Below are positions 47,867-48,332 of a stretch of DNA of 48,332 nt, piece after piece; positions within the stretch are counted from its first letter, which is position 1; each line of letters opens with the position of its first letter. The translations under genes were made by a program, and so were the position numbers. Source of the DNA: an uncultured Bacteroidota bacterium (lineage in GTDB: Bacteria; Bacteroidota; Bacteroidia; Chitinophagales; LD1). Location: contig CAIXBT010000167.1 in the NCBI GenBank assembly GCA_903917755.1, positions 1-48,332 of the forward strand, read 5' to 3'. The notes beneath the pieces were generated by a model. That model made no database searches and had not been told where the DNA came from. It saw nothing but the letters and a program-made list of their open reading frames with translations.

Positions 47867-48331
47867 TCAAAACAGCTGTTTGATCTTATTCAAAAGATGT
47901 CTCTTCCAAAAAGCATTCATTCTGCCGTCTATATATTCTACCTCTTTAGTTGAGAGTTTTTTTTCTCGCTGTCCGGTTTGCGGACGCTGAAAATGCTCAT
48001 AACGAATATAAAACCCCGGGTCATCTACACTATATAATTCGATCTCATCAGTACCCTCCAGCTGAAAATAATGCAGCCATGGGGTGGCTGAGGCCGGCTT
48101 TAAAGAAAAATTGATGGCAGGACGTATCTTTTCTGTTTTATTGGGTGGCGAATAGTGAAGCAGAGCATGATCATATATGATGGCATCTCCTGCTTTCATC
48201 GGAATCAGCTTCCCATAGCGCTTAGCCCATTCATTGTCATGTATCCGTGCGCTCTGCCTTATTCCCGGCCCGCGGATAGCATTAGTGACCTTATGAGAAC
48301 CTTCTATTATTCCCAGACAGCCATTTTGAGC
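47867..48331 (-). CDS. PhyH-family Fe(II)/2OG dioxygenase, 5'-partial (continues beyond the window)
   Basis: Frame open to the window edge: AQNGCLGIIEGSHK...MKAGDAIIYDHALLHYSPPN....R. Confidence 0.85.
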   Translation of the reverse strand, partial: AQNGCLGIIEGSHKVTNAIRGPGIRQSARIHDNEWAKRYGKLIPMKAGDAIIYDHALLHYSPPNKTEKIRPAINFSLKPASATPWLHYFQLEGTDEIELYSVDDPGFYIRYEHFQRPQTGQREKKLSTKEVEYIDGRMNAFWKRHLLNKIKQLF

Positions 48332-48332
48332 A

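Noticed and set aside
1-48332. Cobalamin riboswitch, CRISPR array, tRNA/rRNA or ops/JUMPstart element
   Set aside because: I read the intergenic regions and saw no matching conserved motifs or spaced repeats; a covariance-model search (Infernal/Rfam) would be needed to exclude RNAs formally
145-48332. Calling the locus a RiPP cluster
   Set aside because: No NHLP/Nif11-type leader, RRE/PqqD domain or peptidase-containing transporter is visible, and the transporter is of the glycan-export type. It remains possible only if the precursor lies outside the window.

Overview
AT-rich bacterial DNA, most likely Bacteroidota, judged from repeated TAnnTTTG -7 promoter motifs, DUF1800/DUF1501 pairs and Bacteroidota-type phage tail genes. 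The window is almost entirely an unusually large cluster of tailoring enzymes. It holds 7 cobalamin-binding radical SAM enzymes (4 of them close paralogs) and 1 SPASM/twitch-type radical SAM. It also holds 10 PhyH-like Fe(II)/2OG dioxygenase genes (12 domains, one gene cut by the right edge), 3 AspH/LpxO-family beta-hydroxylases, 1 WelO5-like HxG Fe/2OG halogenase candidate and a membrane fatty-acid desaturase. These sit among glycan machinery: Wzm and Wzt 34 kb apart, two GT2s, two polytopic GT-C/polymerase-like proteins, an SGNH protein and a Gfo/Idh/MocA dehydrogenase. I see no PKS/NRPS, terpene cyclase or convincing RiPP precursor, so the scaffold is unknown. My inference is a heavily C-methylated, hydroxylated and possibly chlorinated surface glycan or glycolipid made at the inner membrane. 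The centre (17-28.7 kb) holds a pentaheme cytochrome c, a duplicated DUF1800-DUF1501 pair, two exported tail-fibre-like proteins and a rearranged, decayed contractile-tail phage remnant. The left edge appears to run into an ISL3-family element. All family calls come from motif recognition by eye; no searches were run.
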